DNA of 63,790 bases, the filler included, from Octopus bimaculoides (Eukaryota), in the NCBI RefSeq assembly GCF_001194135.2. It is 7 parts of 7 records of this genome, joined end to end, with 100 filler letters (N's around TTAATTAATTAA, not from the genome) between each part and the next. Parts side by side here need not be neighbours in the genome. Positions count along the whole stretch, not along the records: positions 62,633 to 63,790 come from NW_026436757.1; 6 more parts are not named here. The stretch is one strand, 5' to 3'. The notes beneath the pieces are model-generated. The model did not search any database. It was given only the letters and a program-made list of their open reading frames with translations, and was not told the origin of the DNA. A program made the position numbers and the translations under genes. Shown one piece after another: positions 63,436 to 63,790 of the stretch. Position 1 is the stretch's first letter. Each line of letters opens with the position of its first letter.

Positions 63436-63790
63436 CCTTACAGAGTACACTAGTCCACAGGGAATTTCAATCCCAGAGCCTAAATCATTGAGAAACCTGG
63501 GTATTGACATGAGTGATGATACCTCTTTCCGAGCGCACGTTACCAGGATGGCGACAAAGTGCAGACGACTGGCTGGATGGATCCTGAGAACATTCAGAAC
63601 CAGAGATAAGGAAACCATGATGGTCCTCTGGAGGACATTTGTCCTCAGCCGCCTGGATTACTGCTCACAGCTATGGTCACCCACCAGTGTGAAATTAACA
63701 GTGGACCTTGAAGCAATCCAGAGAAGATTCACAAAGATCATCTCTTTGCAACTGCTCAGCTACTGGGAAAGGCTGAAACAACTAAGACTC
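63436..63790 (+). mobile_element. CR1-clade LINE RT C-terminal fragment (open to the window end)
   Basis: LRNLGIDMSDD.SF..HV..WILRTF.TRD...LW..FVLSRLDYCSQLWSP..LEAIQRRFTK..SYWERLKQLRL. Confidence 0.88.

Noticed and set aside
255-63618. Most ORF-track entries (YIYI, CVCV, HTHT, SLSL, ERER, poly-I/K/Y and X-filled ORFs)
   Set aside because: They are translations of microsatellites or run through N gaps, with no domain or splice support.

Overview
AT-rich, microsatellite-saturated, gapped eukaryotic DNA. It is most likely octopus; this is inferred from the tRNA-derived SINE families and (TA/CA/TAGA/TAA)n density. Six TTAATTAATTAA linkers inside N-runs mark artificial contig joins. The only supportable host gene is the 3' part of a minus-strand scavenger-receptor cysteine-rich (SRCR, group A) gene. 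Its four phase-compatible GT-AG exons (57088-57257, 56114-56191, 54918-55062, 52739-52907) encode half an SRCR domain, a Ser/Thr/Pro linker and a complete SRCR domain ending in TAG. The rest is transposon debris: several SINE families, R4/Dong-, Hero-, RTE-, Tx1-, CR1- and Penelope-like retroelements, Tigger, hAT, MULE and Helitron remnants, and MITEs. Best leads: (1) minimal hammerhead-ribozyme-like motifs with a non-canonical core in short Penelope-type repeats; (2) the SRCR UAG followed in frame by a near-consensus phase-1 donor; (3) near-identical inverted SINEs bracketing two SRCR exons; (4) a 4.6-kb nested MULE that splits a SINE; (5) a palindromic, possibly ORF1-only Tx1-like element. 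All TE assignments come from by-eye motif recognition, and their boundaries are approximate.
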